Below, piece after piece: positions 12,993-25,653 of a stretch of DNA of 64,000 nt. A model generated the notes under the pieces. It worked only from the letters and a program-made list of their open reading frames with translations. It was not told where the DNA came from and did no database searches. A program made the position numbers and the translations under genes. Position 1 is the stretch's first letter. Each line of letters opens with the position of its first letter. Source of the DNA: Haplodiscus bocki (Eukaryota); NCBI GenBank assembly GCA_965655095.1, contig OZ296648.1, forward strand, positions 196,602,001 to 196,666,000, read 5' to 3'.

Positions 12993-15900
12993 TCTTGTCT
13001 AGTCCCGAAAAACGTCTGTTGGTACGCTTAACGCTCCGTCTCAACAAAAACAGCCAGCAAAAAATCACTCAAAAAACGTTTTGAGAGTGACTATTCACTT
13101 GCAAACCTAATTTTTCTACGTTTGTCCGTTTTTCCCACCTTTGAGTACGACTGCAAGAGAGTAACGCCGACTTTTAACCGTTTAACGGCCTTCCCCATTC
13201 TAAAAGTGGTTACTAGCGCTCAACTCAAGGTCCGCTTTTTGCACGTTTTTCGGTCGAAACGTCCCGGAAAAAAACTGTCCCGGCGCGTTTTCTGCAGAAA
13301 CAGATATCAGGAAATCAGCAATAAAAATTGGAAGAATTGGAGCCATCGGGTTGTCCGAACAACATCAAGGGACTGTTACGAACTTTCAATGAAAATTGCA
13401 GCTCATAATGTCATTTCAGCGAGAAAGAAAACTCTCAAACAAAAATTTTATGGGACCAAGTTTGATCGTTCTGAGCTTGTATTCAGATTCAGCACCAACG
13501 GGGGGCATTCATTGTCAAAACCGTCATGCAAGAAGGTCGCAAGTACAATTCTTCTGAATGATTCAAAGCTCATTTCAAGTGACTCCAGCCTCAAATGAAT
13601 GACCCTACGGACTGGAAAAAGACAACCACTAGACAAAAAGATCAAATAACTTTTCCGAGGATCAGCAGTCGAACTGATCGGCATAGACATGGAGGAGGCA
13701 CATACCATATCTGAGAAAAAGAGTCACTGAGAAGCCCTGCAAAACTTTAGCGCAGAGGCGCCTAGGAGCATATAAAAAAATTTCAACAAAAGTCTTAGAA
13801 AGAAATAGTTTGAAAACAAAACGAAGAATCAGAAAAAAAAGAATGAGAGAGCGCTATCGACACTTTGATTCAGTCGAATAATAGATTCACGTTGTTTTTG
13901 ACGGAGTAAAATTGTGAAAACTGCAATGATTTGAATAACTTGCAATTTTGGAAAAAAACGAAAACACTTCTGTTCAGTGGATACCCTATGAAACAGCAGT
14001 AAAAACTACAACTTTACTTCTAAATTTGCACTGTTATCAATAATTTGACGTCAAAATTTCACCTTACCTGCAAAATTCAATTTTTCATGAGTGAGTGAAA
14101 TGCCACCCACTGTCAAGACCTGCCAGGCCGTTTTTTATCTTGGTTTTACGTGTTCGATAACTAGATGCTAAGCGAACCACCAATGTTAGACCAACAAAGT
14201 ATTCTCCCCCTCTATATACCCCGCCGACACTAAAAACCAGGTACCAAATTTGCCAAAAAACATGCGTGTACAAAGATTTTCCCTGATCTGCAGCGGCTCT
14301 GTCCGTCACCCGGAAATATGTTAAGTAAATCTGGGTAGCTTTCCAGTACGTTTAATCATTTTAGACATTTCGTCAGACAACGAATGAAAGAAGGCAAATT
14401 ATAGCAATTGGGTATCACAAAATGAGACGACTTTTTTCTTAGCACAGCTGATTTTGGTCATTAGAAAAAAAACATGAAAGTACTCTTGAAAACAAATCAA
14501 AGCGAGTTACAAATGGCTGGGGTAATTTTATCAAACTGAAACTTATAAGAGGTGTAGTTCATTAGATTGATGTAATGCTTTAGATTGATGTAGACACATT
14601 ATCCTCTTTGGAAGACAAACTAGCACAGGAATCGAGATGCATTAAATCAAATTGGAACGATCAACAGTTCATTGAACATTCGTTGTACACTTTGCAAAAT
14701 TCAAATATGTCTTTGCGTTGGAAAGTCAAACAAATTGAGTTTGCAGGTTTTCGTGGATAAGAAAGGTTGCAAATCAAAACATTTTAATTGTCTGGTGGTC
14801 CTAGAAAGAATGGCTACCAGTTCGGTAGTCTTGGGTCCATTGTGACTTGTAAGGATTGCTGGAGTAGATAAAATTATTGGAGCGGGGTTACTGTAGAGAT
14901 TATTTTTTGAATTAAATCGATTCATTGTAAATATCGCCCTCCAATGAAACTGTTCCTTTTTTGGCGGTCAAGAACGCAACAGGATATCGGCACATGTTGT
15001 AAGCATCGTACCGACAAAGAGTCCAGAAGAATAAATACCCCCCTGGACGTCTCAAACGTGATTGCTTGGAATAGAAACCCCGATTCTGGGCAACTGTTTT
15101 CTAGTATGGGACTTTTTCGATACCCTTCATTGGTAGCATCTCGGGTGCTAGTTTAGATGATCACAAAGAAAGTGACTTCTGTAAACAAGATAAGATCGTC
15201 ACAGCTATTGCAAGGGCCTGACCACAAGTCCAATAAGGTAATAAGACGTCGGCAGGGCAGTGAGCAACCTATACCATGAGCGAGTTTGGTTCGAGCTTGG
15301 CCACTAATATTACTGATCGACTGGCATGGTCAACAACGTTTTGCCTAGCATGGTGCCGTAATATTCGCTCACCGAACCTTGAAAAGCAGAGTAAGTGATT
15401 ATCTCACGTGCTCAGCAATTGTGATCCATACGTGGGACTGAGTGCAACCATCGAGTACACAAGAACTCTTCTTTGACAACAACTGGTACCACGATTCCGT
15501 GAAGTGACATATCCAAACTGAGTGACATCAGAGGAGGGGCAATTGAACACTGGAGTGGATGAGGTGGCGAGTAGGAAAAATCATTTAATTTATTTGCCTC
15601 CTCGTCCAGCTTCTCCAGAAAATTCCAGTGATTACGGTCTATTGAAGGTTTCTGACGTCTGAACTGTAAGTTTTTAGGATTGATAAGAGAAACAAGAGAT
15701 CGGTTGCAGCAACAATTGGAGGTTTTCATGGAAAAGTTTTTTGGGCTAAATTTTTCTTTTGACTTTGTAAGGGCTTGCGGTGAGGGTTTGTTGGGCTTAG
15801 AGACACTTTAGTGGTTGTTTCACTCCTAGATATTTTTTACAGAGTGTTCATCAAAAAACTGATAAATGACCAAACAATGATTGAGAAAATTCGTTGTTTG

Positions 15901-16099
15901 ACTAAACTAGTACTCACTATTGGATTAGCCGTGCTATCCTCGTCATTATTTGAAACTTTCGCGGAGTCGAGTCCAAGGATCGTTTCTTTTACAAGCTGCT
16001 TGTGATAAAGACTACGAGTGTTAATTGTTTTTACGTTACTATGTGGTGGCTAACATTTCGTAGAGGTAAAAAAAAGTTGGATAGCGTTCTTGGAATCCA

Positions 16100-16550
16100 T
16101 TTCCGATCATGAAAAATCATGAGAGGTTTTGGCAAGATATCAGCAAAATATTTGAAGTCTCCTGCCAAGGAATTCAGTATTCTAAGCACTGTGTAGGCGA
16201 AGACGGAATTTCCGGAGAAGAAAGAACCAGCTTCACCCCTATTTTATATATTCTCAGAAATTATCGATTCAAAATCGCCTCTGAACTGAGCCAACTTATG
16301 AGGTTTTGCACTTTTCCTTCCTGGGGTCATTTTGTGTGTACTCCCGGCGATCAAAGCCATGGTAGTCTTGCCATGGTCTCGGGAAATCTCGAATGAGCCT
16401 TTCCATGATCATGGGAAGATCAAGGCAAGGCTAGCCTAGTTCATGCACAACCATACCAAAGCTGGCATGTTACATGGTGGGCATGCCATGGACCATGGCA
16501 AGCCTGCAATGGAAACCCATGATCATGACAAGGAATCAATGTTAACACCA
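16100..16550. repeat. CATG/CCATGG/ATCATG-rich repeat, probably a non-autonomous DNA transposon
   Basis: Dense CATG palindromes (ccatgg, atcatg, gcatgc) over ~450 bp. Confidence 0.4.
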
Positions 16551-17099
16551 ATGGTTTCAGATGAACTTTTCGCGTTTCTCGTCACCTTACCTCATACTTT
16601 TTCTGCACTTAGCATGGCGTTTAACAACCTAGAAAGGCAAGGAGTTAATTGAAAAGCCGCTAAAATGACTAAAATGTGTTTTATACAAAAAATCAACCAT
16701 TACAATTCTTCGCACCAAAACGTTTCAGTGACGCATAAAAACGTTGTTTTTACCTTTTCCCTACATTTTCATATAGCTATCAATATCATCAAAATTTCAC
16801 AATCGGTACAAAAGAGAAAATCACTGGAAACATCGTTCCCATTTGAAAATTGAACTGGATTGCAATTCAAACTTAGGAAGTGTCACAAGAAACAAAAAGT
16901 TGAAGCTATTGAGATCGTGGTAGGTTAAGTGCGCAAAAAAATGTAGCACTATTTAACTGAAAACGAAGGCATGAAGACCTCAGTTTCTGTCATCTGTACG
17001 AATTAAGCAGCATGAAGGGTTTAAATTATGGTAGATTAATTTAACTGTAATTGTAATCACCAAAAAAACTCCGCCATCCTAAGAATCTTAATCATGCTC

Positions 17100-18200
17100 A
17101 AAATTGATAGCAAGCTCCCAGAAAACAAACATATTCTGAACCTAACAGGGAGACAAGGAAAAACGAGAAGTGGATGGCAACCGATCTTTCTGGCTTTTTG
17201 TCAAGCATCAGGTAAGAAGCTTCTACCAGTTGTCCTGCTTCTTCAACGGCACTTTTTACAACCGTATCAAAGAACGTCGATATAGTGAGAGACCAGAATG
17301 ATTGCCGCACACAATGCTGTTATACCACTGCACGTGAGAAATTGAAGTCTTCAGGGAAGAAACACTTGATAATTTGCGATGCCGAACGACAAGGAGTTCC
17401 TTCAGAGTTAACGAAGAATGCGAAATGACAACAACCAGTTTCCAGGAACATGCAGCTATATGTATGGCAGTAACAGCGGTGACCGTCGCGTGTCGAAAAA
17501 CTGAACTTTTGTAAGTTCTACCTGACATATACATCGAAAGTCAATCTCTGCTTTGAAATTTCCCACAGCATCGGGCGAAGTGACCGTTTTCCCCATTTTC
17601 ATTGCAAGATGCTTTCGTTGCTCAACATTGCGCAGTCTGTTTCGTTGTTTCCCACAGCGATGTTTCCCACAGCGAAAACATTCTATTCCACTCACTCCAA
17701 AAGCACCAACAGTCATAGGCTCTTGTTTTATTTCGATTCTAAAAGTCGTTGGGTTGTGTCCATACGACGCATGGCGATTAATACTTTCTTCAGAAGCCAT
17801 GGCGAACTTTAATACTTCTTCGGGTTTTTCGTTGAGCTCTGTTAAAAAATTTATCTTGTACCCTTCATTTTGTTCATTTTCGAAGCCAGAATGTACCCTA
17901 AATTTTTGGTCTTTCAGACCAATCTGCCATTCGCAGTGAGTCCATTAAACGGTTTCCAAAACTGTTGCAGCGATTCGCCGCCTCCTTTCCGTGAAAAGAA
18001 CCGAAAACGATCCTTCGTTCTGCTTCGATTTACAATACAATGGGCCCCGCATTGTGTGATCATCTCAATTAATCCAGTTGTAGAAGTTACCAATGTTGGG
18101 AATTTAACTAATAACGTTTTTGTCCTGCTTGGCCAATCGATAAGAATAAGAAGCTAGAAAGGTTTCGAGTAGCGGCTTCCTCCCTAACCCTCCCATGAGC
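17100..18200 (-). mobile_element. Decayed non-LTR (LINE, RTE-like) fragment
   Basis: GNFYNWIN resembles the APE endonuclease GDFNA motif, LGYILAS resembles IDYIL, and a C-terminal L-YG-like fragment lies near 17250-17330. Many frameshifts. Confidence 0.3.
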
Positions 18201-19358
18201 GAGGGCACACTGTCAACTCGATCAATTCTCCTATCGGAATTGAGTTTTTAGCCATCGTGGCTACAGCCAACAAATCAATCTATTTCTCACAATCTAAAGT
18301 TGGGTCGTCTGTCGGGTCAATCCAATCAACGTTCAATCCGACCAAAATTGAGGCAACATCTTGGTATGGCTTCATGCTGCGAGTAGCTGCTCGCTGCGCT
18401 GTGTTTTAGTAATGAAAACTAATGTTTGTAATCTCAGATCTTTTCATGAGCAAGAAAAAGGAGCAATTTGAATACTGTATTTCACTCCAACTTTCTTTTA
18501 AGGACAACTAGAAGATCGCGTAAGAAGAGCAGGTCGCGTCGACTCGTTGACATTTTTGAATATCACACTTCACTTTGAAGTGAGTGTTAATCCCGCGGTG
18601 TCGCTCAACCATACAGTTGAAAAAAAAAAGATGAAGTTGGAGAATTTCATTTTTCTGCTAAAGATTCAGAAATACCTCCAAAGACTTTTTCTAAATACCA
18701 AATGTCTCATGACCTTGCAGTTTCGGCTTTTTACATAGTTTCCAGTTTTTTTGAAATTTGGTGAAATGATTAATTTCTGGGAAAACTCATGCTCCTATTT
18801 GAAGCAAAATGCGCAGTTCCGAAAAATGACGGGCTTTTTTCCAGAAAAAAGCGAAACATTGACTGTTAACTTGAATTTAGAAGTCAAGAAACTTTTGCAT
18901 CTTCTTCCGTAAACTATCAAGTTATGAATTTTTTATCAATTTTTGACCAATTAGAAAAAAAAAGGAACGAAAGAAAAAAAAGGAACGAAAGCAAATGTTT
19001 CTTCTTTGATATCTTTTTTTTTAGTATTTTAGTTTCAGTATGCAAAAATCTTTTGCTTTCTGCAATCGAGTGTTTTTGGTCATTCTGGCTCATTTTCTGA
19101 AATGTTTCAGCTCATATCTATTCTCGTTTCAGCACCAAAAAATTGCAGTGCCTCTGAACCTCTTGTTGAGAAATGACTACGTTATTCAAATGTTTACTCC
19201 AAGTTTTCTAACTTGAAGCTTTTCATAAAGACTTTATGCTTGGCTACAGGTTTATTTTGGCTCATTTTTTTAATCTTACTCCCGAATTTCTTGAGGAACC
19301 CACGGATGACAAATGTCTGCAATGAATCAAAGTCCAAGTCGGGTTTACCAAATGTTAC

Positions 19359-20055
19359 CCCTAGTCGAGCTTGCATAGAAGACGTTTTACAAGTTTTTAC
19401 ATGATGCATGCAAAATTTTATATGCATGAAAATTTGACTGCTGCAGGGAACCTTTACATAATTTTTCCATGCAACATACGAAATCTGAATGCAGCAGACA
19501 TATTTCAATTTCTACAAAGCCTTCCATGCTTATTTCCAAATATTACCTGCAATCAAAATTTTGTCATCGTGATAATTTATTCATTTCACAGATTTCCTAT
19601 TGTGCCCCTTGAAAAGTTTCATATGCTACTGATATTTCTCATTCAGTAAAAATAGGACATTTTAGCAATCTCTGAGCGACTTTTTGATCGAGAAAATTTA
19701 AGAAAAAAATACTGAATTGAAATGCTGGAGGCTTTAAAATAGTGTTAGCTAATTGAGAAATTGAAATGGTACATATACAACATATTTACTTTAGTTTAGT
19801 CGATCGTTTGTTCTTACTTCTAACTGTTTGTTGAGAGGTTACAAACACCTAGAACTACTTTGCTGAAGTAAAGTATTGTTCAAAAAATTGGTAAAGTATA
19901 AACTGATAAGTTTTGTCAATATTTCGCATGGAAATTATTTTGAAAAATTTACATGTTGCATGGAAACTTTGGATGATTTTTCCATGCAAGATCCTTGAAT
20001 TTATTACGTATTTCAAAAATCTTACCTGCGTGCATTCATGCAGGCTCGACTAAGG
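19359..20055. mobile_element. MITE-like element with 18-bp TIRs and internal CATGCA repeats
   Basis: CCCTAGTCGAGCTTGCAT at the left versus the reverse complement of ATGCAGGCTCGACTAAGG at the right (2 mismatches). No clear TSD. Confidence 0.55.
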
Positions 20056-21251
20056 ACCTTGACTCAAAACTTTGACTTGAAATAGTTGTGACGTCATAAA
20101 CAACTCACTGCAGAAAATCTTTCGTCAACTTGCAATATTCCATGGCGAGAAAGTAGGAAAGAAAATCAAAATCTGTAATTAAAAGCTGGTTTTCGAACTA
20201 AATCGGGAGTCCTTTGATTGCATTCCGGATCAATTTGTTGCCCAAGCTTGCTGCGTTAAATCAATCAAATCTGCGACAAGGCTTTAGAGTTTTAAAATGT
20301 GTAGACAAAGAAGTGTTGTTTATTTTGATAGCTGGACTGTTTTTGTTTTTCGTCTTCAGTCATTTCAGAGTGGAATGTGAGCTTTCTGTCGATTCCAATG
20401 GAAGGAAGGCAAGCCCCCGTGAAACATTCGTGGATAAAGTTAACAAACAAGTCGCCTTTCGGAGGAGGAGACACCGCAAATGACTTCGCCAAGTGTTTTC
20501 ACTCCAGCCGCCGTATTGCATGCAGTTCGTGAAAACATTTCGTCATAATTCGTGTTCCCAGGCCGGCCACTCAAGTCTTTCAAGAAAGTTCTATAGCTGA
20601 AAGTTTCGTAAGCTTTCCTGTCCATTCACCAGTTAGTTACCACAATTATAACAAGTACTAGTAGCAGTTACGTGTACTGAGCTTATGAGGGTAATTATTT
20701 ATTCAAACGAATTGGTGTGAAGTGTTTCTCAAAATTTCAGTAATGGCTTCCCTAGTTGAACATGCATGGAAGTTTTGCAAGATTTTCTATCTTATCGAAC
20801 ACTTTTTGAATGAGTTCCTATTATTCATATTACACTTTCGTTGTCTAAAAATTGTCTGCTGCTGTGATATCTTTCAACTTCCTTCAAAATTTTTTTAAAA
20901 ATTGGACGGGGTTTTGCAGGTTGCTTTGGACATTTGGCAGACGACAAATAAACAAAGTTTTGCAAATTTTTGGGTGCAGCTCAGTTAATTTTAAGTTTGA
21001 CAGGCAAGCTTACATTTTTGCCGCGCATTACAATAGAAATTATACAAAGTTAATAGCTACCCACACCGAGTCATTAAAGAGCAAATAATAGCTTAAAGGT
21101 CAAAGTGTCAAGGAGATAACAACTACTAGCAACTCGGAAGTAGTAGTGATTGATTTGATAGAGACGCGAAAAATTTCACGTTTTCTATGTGTAACCTCGG
21201 AAACTTGAACAAAATTTAGCTGCAGTAGTGAAAACATTCAAAATGCATATA

Positions 21252-21924
21252 CAGTAGTGTTCTAAAAGAATGGAGCTAAAAAGCGTTCGCTGACGCTTCT
21301 CAGCCAATAGGATCTCGTTATTAGCTCTCAATTCGCAATCTCATTGGTTAATATTTGCCAATTTTGGTAATCTCTGTCGTTTTTTTGAAGTTTGACCAAG
21401 TTTGAAAAAACTTTTTGAAAAATTATGTACCACAAAAACTTCCCAGAATTTCTTGAATCCTGTGATATATTTTGCTTGCCGAAATATTTTGAATCTAAAT
21501 AGAATTCGCAAATTTTCAAAATACAAATCGTAAAACCTATCTTAAAACATGCAACTCCAAAGTTCGTTGTATGAAAACAGCCATTTTATGCGCAATTTGA
21601 ATTAATTTTAAAAACGAAGGATATTAATGGTTTTAAGGCATTTAAGTAAACATTTATGTACAAATTGTGTCGAAAAAAAATTTCATTGAGGCCTTAAAAT
21701 ATCAAAAATACACGAAACTTAATTAAATTTGCCCAAAAGTGACCATTTCTAACTTTTGCTGCATTGATCGTAAAATTTTGAAACAAAAACGATTGTAAAC
21801 TAGATGAAAATCTAAGAAACTTTTCTTCCTACCAAAACTAAGGCTTTGAAATAGTTTCAGAGATATTGATGTCTAAAGTTGGTCAATGTATGCATAGGAG
21901 CTCCATTCTTTTAAAACACTACTG
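21252..21924. mobile_element. Tc1/mariner-type MITE (673 bp)
   Basis: 26-bp TIR CAGTAGTGTT(C/T)TAAAAGAATGGAGCT with 1 mismatch. TA on both flanks (21250-51, 21925-26). Confidence 0.85.
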
Positions 21925-22617
21925 TATGCCAAGTGTCTGAATTGTCTATGCTTCATGAATTAATTGCTTGAGCCCAATAATGCACTATACAAAATTATCA
22001 TGCAAGTTCAACTAAAGTTCTGAAAGAATCAATGGTGTGTGATAGAAAATATTCCCTTAATTTTTTTAAAAATTCATCTTTTGAAAACTATATTTGTGCA
22101 CTCCTGTACAATTAAAGCTTGGCGTCCATAATAAAAAAATGCCTAAACTTGATTTCTATATTTGCTACAGGACGATGGTCTGGAGTAGCTGACCCAAAAG
22201 CCTGTAGGCCGTTCTGAGCCGGAGACTATAGGACTAAGATCAGAACGCTTGTATTCCTTCCAGTATATTTTAATCTTGTAATTGGTGACAGCATTTTATT
22301 GATCAATAACTGTTCAAAATGACATTGTACCCCTGTCAATGCGGGTCTCTAATGTCTGAAGGGTACTTTACATGGTAGTGGAAAGGCTACAAGAGGTTAA
22401 ATCAACAATTTGATACGTAATCACATTTAGCCGGTTTGACCGTGAAAATTATTATCCAGTCTTCGGTTAATAACAGTTAGTCATTGAACCAACGGACGCA
22501 AACTTCAGTTAATTTGATATTTATTGGTATTACATTTTGTTTTATGTTCAATAACTTGATTTTACAACTCCTATTTATGTGAGAGAATTCAATTTTTACA
22601 TAATTACAATTACCGTA

Positions 22618-22782
22618 AGTAGTAAGGAAAGGGGGGTTAAATGCAATTTTTGACTCCCAAGCCGAAAAGTTTCTAAGTCAAAGAGTTCAAAGTACAAATT
22701 CAACCGAAACTGTATTTTGTTGACTAAGTACACAGAAAGTAAACCAACTGTCAAATTTCGTTGACAGTGTAAATTTTCTAAA
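22618..22782 (+). repeat. Left terminal inverted repeat
   Basis: AGTAGTAAGGA..G-tract..TTAAATGCAATTTTTGACTCCCAAGCCGAAAA..CTAAGTCAAAGAGTTCAAAGTACAAA matches the reverse complement of the right end. The inner half is more diverged. Confidence 0.9.
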
Positions 22783-23259
22783 TCAAATTGTGAAAGTGGT
22801 TCTACAAAACATGAAATCTTCAAACTTTGGAGACTTTTCGCTTTCTAGAGTAGAAATACTGCACCGAACCCCCTGCTAATCAGGAGTTAACAATGCAAAA
22901 CTCACCTTTCGAGGCATGAAACAGCAACATTGTAAAATAAATTTCACTAGAGTTTTTGATAATTGTCAGATTCAGTCCCAACTCGAGATCGAAAAACCTA
23001 GGAAAAACGTTACCAGCAGTATCTAGTTCAAAAACATTACAGTTTGCTAGCACACCTGGCAAATTCACGTCGTTCAGCTGATTGAAGCATTGCACAAATG
23101 ATCGTGACTGTGCCAAGTCTGCTTTTCTTCCATGTTGATGGAAAATCCTAGTGACTGGACGGAAAATTCCAAACATTGAAGTGAGTTAGATAACGAAAAC
23201 TCTGGGGCCGCTCATTTTCAGGCAAATTCAACCCACAATCTTGCTTTTGATTTTTACAG

Positions 23260-24084
23260 TTGAAACCAATGACTACTGTTTTCAGAGAAATTCCATCGAA
23301 CTTCTGGTTGCTCCTATTTTATACCGATGAAAATACCACAGTTCAGAACCTTTTTGAAACCACGGGACAAACATTTCCTGACACAATGCCTCCGAGTTTG
23401 TGCAATGCTCTTGAGATCTTAATGTGCTCGCAGAACGCTCAATATGTCAGCAGACAACATGAAGGAAACGATGTTAACTTGGGGCACCTGGACGGAATTT
23501 GCCAAACACTGCCCTCAAATCATCATCATACTTTGCTATTTATTCCAGCTTGTGTCGACGCGGAAAAAACTTTGAAGCAGACAATTATGCAAGTTTTATC
23601 CACAGCACAAAACGCTCATGTTAAATTGATGACTGTTTCATATCCCGAAAATTTTCTCAGAGCAGAAACAAACAAATTAAACACAAGTGCCATTTCAGTC
23701 AGAGGCGAAAAGATGCAATCACTATTGAAAAAGAAGACGACAGATGGAATTGGCTGCAACTTCAAGTGTACGTGGGAGTATGAGAAGCAAAATCCATTGG
23801 GAACGTCCGGTGATACAGAGAAGGCCTTGTTTCTTTTTCAACGACTGGTTGAGCTTGAGAACTCAGACGCGCCGTTCAAAGACACCGTAATATCCTTCAT
23901 CGAGCTTTTGCAGAAAGGAATAGGGCGTCTTTACCTGTCTGAACACAGTCGTACCTTGGATATTGATTTGGGTATAAGTAATGCGCAATGCACGTGTTTT
24001 GAATGCCTCAGTCGACCACTTCATCTTATCGGTTCGACAACCCAAGAAGCGAACAACTACAGCACAACTTTTTTCTGCCTATGA
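23260..24084 (+). CDS. Polinton ORF1, unknown function; probably the 3' exon of a spliced gene
   Basis: 274-codon open frame starting right after acceptor ttttgatttttacag (23259). Donor GAA|GTGAGT at 23181. Confidence 0.55.
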   Translation: MKPMTTVFREIPSNFWLLLFYTDENTTVQNLFETTGQTFPDTMPPSLCNALEILMCSQNAQYVSRQHEGNDVNLGHLDGICQTLPSNHHHTLLFIPACVDAEKTLKQTIMQVLSTAQNAHVKLMTVSYPENFLRAETNKLNTSAISVRGEKMQSLLKKKTTDGIGCNFKCTWEYEKQNPLGTSGDTEKALFLFQRLVELENSDAPFKDTVISFIELLQKGIGRLYLSEHSRTLDIDLGISNAQCTCFECLSRPLHLIGSTTQEANNYSTTFFCL

Positions 24085-24199
24085 CGAGGATACAATTATT
24101 GATACATCATTTCTTTAGAAGTTTTGCTGTGAAACAGACGCTTGCTTCAATTCAACTTTTGAGAATAAAAACGTTTTCTTCAAAGGATATTTGCGAAAA

Positions 24200-24578
24200 C
24201 TTTGTGAAAATTACTTATTGGTTTCCAAAAAATACAACATCTAAAAATGTTTCTCTCGCAGTCTGTCTCTACTTAGATGAAACATTAGACTTGCATAAAG
24301 TCAATTCAAGGGCGCCATTCGAAGGTAAAATTGGAGCAGGCGACAATCTTCTCCATAAATACTTGAAGTTTTCAAAAATTTTAAGAATGCACGCAATTTT
24401 TCATGATGCCCATGGCTACATGAGGAGTAGCAAAAACGTCGGGCCTGGTTACGTTTATACATTAACAACTGAAAAGTATTTTAGAAACAGCATGCTATTG
24501 GGTCATATTTCGGGGATTTTATATTGGACGTTGATGAAGTGTCTCAATTCCGAACGCTTCGATAACTTTCCTTTCTAG
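24200..24578 (+). CDS. Small protein with a GxG...AxxHD motif, phospholipase A2-like (tentative); start uncertain
   Basis: KIGAGDN-x13-HAIFHDAHGY...GPGYVY in ORF 24003-24578. Confidence 0.4.
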
Positions 24579-24660
24579 CCATTTTAAATATTCCGACGTG
24601 AAAAACAGTCGGTTTTCTTCGGCACAGGCAACGCGTTCCAAAAACCTGTCAACCTTTACA

Positions 24661-24964
24661 ATGAATAACGAGGAATCGACTCGTTCTAGTGGTTACTACA
24701 GTGACATTTGCCTGAAAAAAGAGCAACAAGTGGTGGATGAACCCGACTTTACAAACATTTCTCAATGTAACATTGATCGATTGGTTTTTGAAGAAAACAA
24801 TCACGAGCGGCCACCGTTTAGTCTGAACTTTTGCTGCGGTGAAAATATAAAACTCGACCGGTCGTTACTTGTAATTTTGTGAGGCAGACAACAGATTTAC
24901 ATCAGGCATATTAGCACTTTTCTCAGCCTGTTTGGGCCATATTCTACCGACACCAAAGCAATGA
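24661..24964 (+). pseudogene. Small Polinton membrane-protein-like gene with an internal deletion/frameshift
   Basis: N-terminal ..FCCGENIKLDRSLLVI, then another frame reads SGILALFSACLGHILPTPKQ*. Its TGA overlaps the ATPase ATG (ATGA). Confidence 0.45.
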
Positions 24965-25653
24965 TTAAGCGCATAAGCACTCAACCTCACTGTTTCATTT
25001 CTGTTGTGGGCCCTGCAGGATCGGGAAAAACCAGACTCATTGGGCATATGATTGTCAATCAAGAAAAAATATTTTCACCCAGCTTCGACAAAATCATCTA
25101 CTTTTATAAACACTATCAGCAAGATTACAGCACCATATTGATATTGTCCAAACATGTTGATATTGAATTCATTCAAGGCTTAGAATGGAACTTTTTGCAA
25201 AAAGCTGAAGCGCAGAAAAGAATTTTGTTGCTGTTGGATGATTTGTTCGACGAAGCTGCACAAAGCAAAGATTTCTTGGCACTAGTAGTTGCTGGTCGAC
25301 ATCGCAACGTCCATTTGATGGTTTTGCGACACAATTTATTTCAACGGACCAAAAATTCGAAGACAAGAGATTTGAACGTCACACAGATAGTTCTTTTCAA
25401 CAGCCCTAGAGATTCTGAACAGATTGGCGTTTTGAGTCGCCAACTGGAAGAGCGACACGCCACAATGGAAGCCTATAAAAGAGCTACTCAGTAACCTTTC
25501 GGTCATTTGATGATTGACCTCGACGTGAGAAGTAGTAAATCCCTGAGGTATTCTTCAAATTGTTCCGGTGACGTGCCGTCCATTTTCTACTGTTCAACAG
25601 ATCAATTATGCTTACACCTAGACAATGAGTTTACAAAACTTTTCTATAATTGA
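24961..25653 (+). pseudogene. A32/FtsK-like genome-packaging ATPase with one premature stop
   Basis: Walker A GPAGSGKT, Walker B LLLLDD, GRHRN motif. TAA at 25492-94, then the frame continues PFGHLMIDL... to TGA 25653. Confidence 0.9.

Noticed and set aside
13122-15729. ORFs 13122-13598 and 15412-15729 as host exons or transposase
   Set aside because: No recognisable motifs or convincing splice sites. Left unassigned.
16443-16652. His/Met-rich ORF resembling a metal-binding protein
   Set aside because: The composition is a by-product of CATG repeats. No splice or domain support.
22932-22969. A further short intron at the start of Polinton ORF1
   Set aside because: Only about 38 nt with a weak donor in a damaged region. 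Not supportable.
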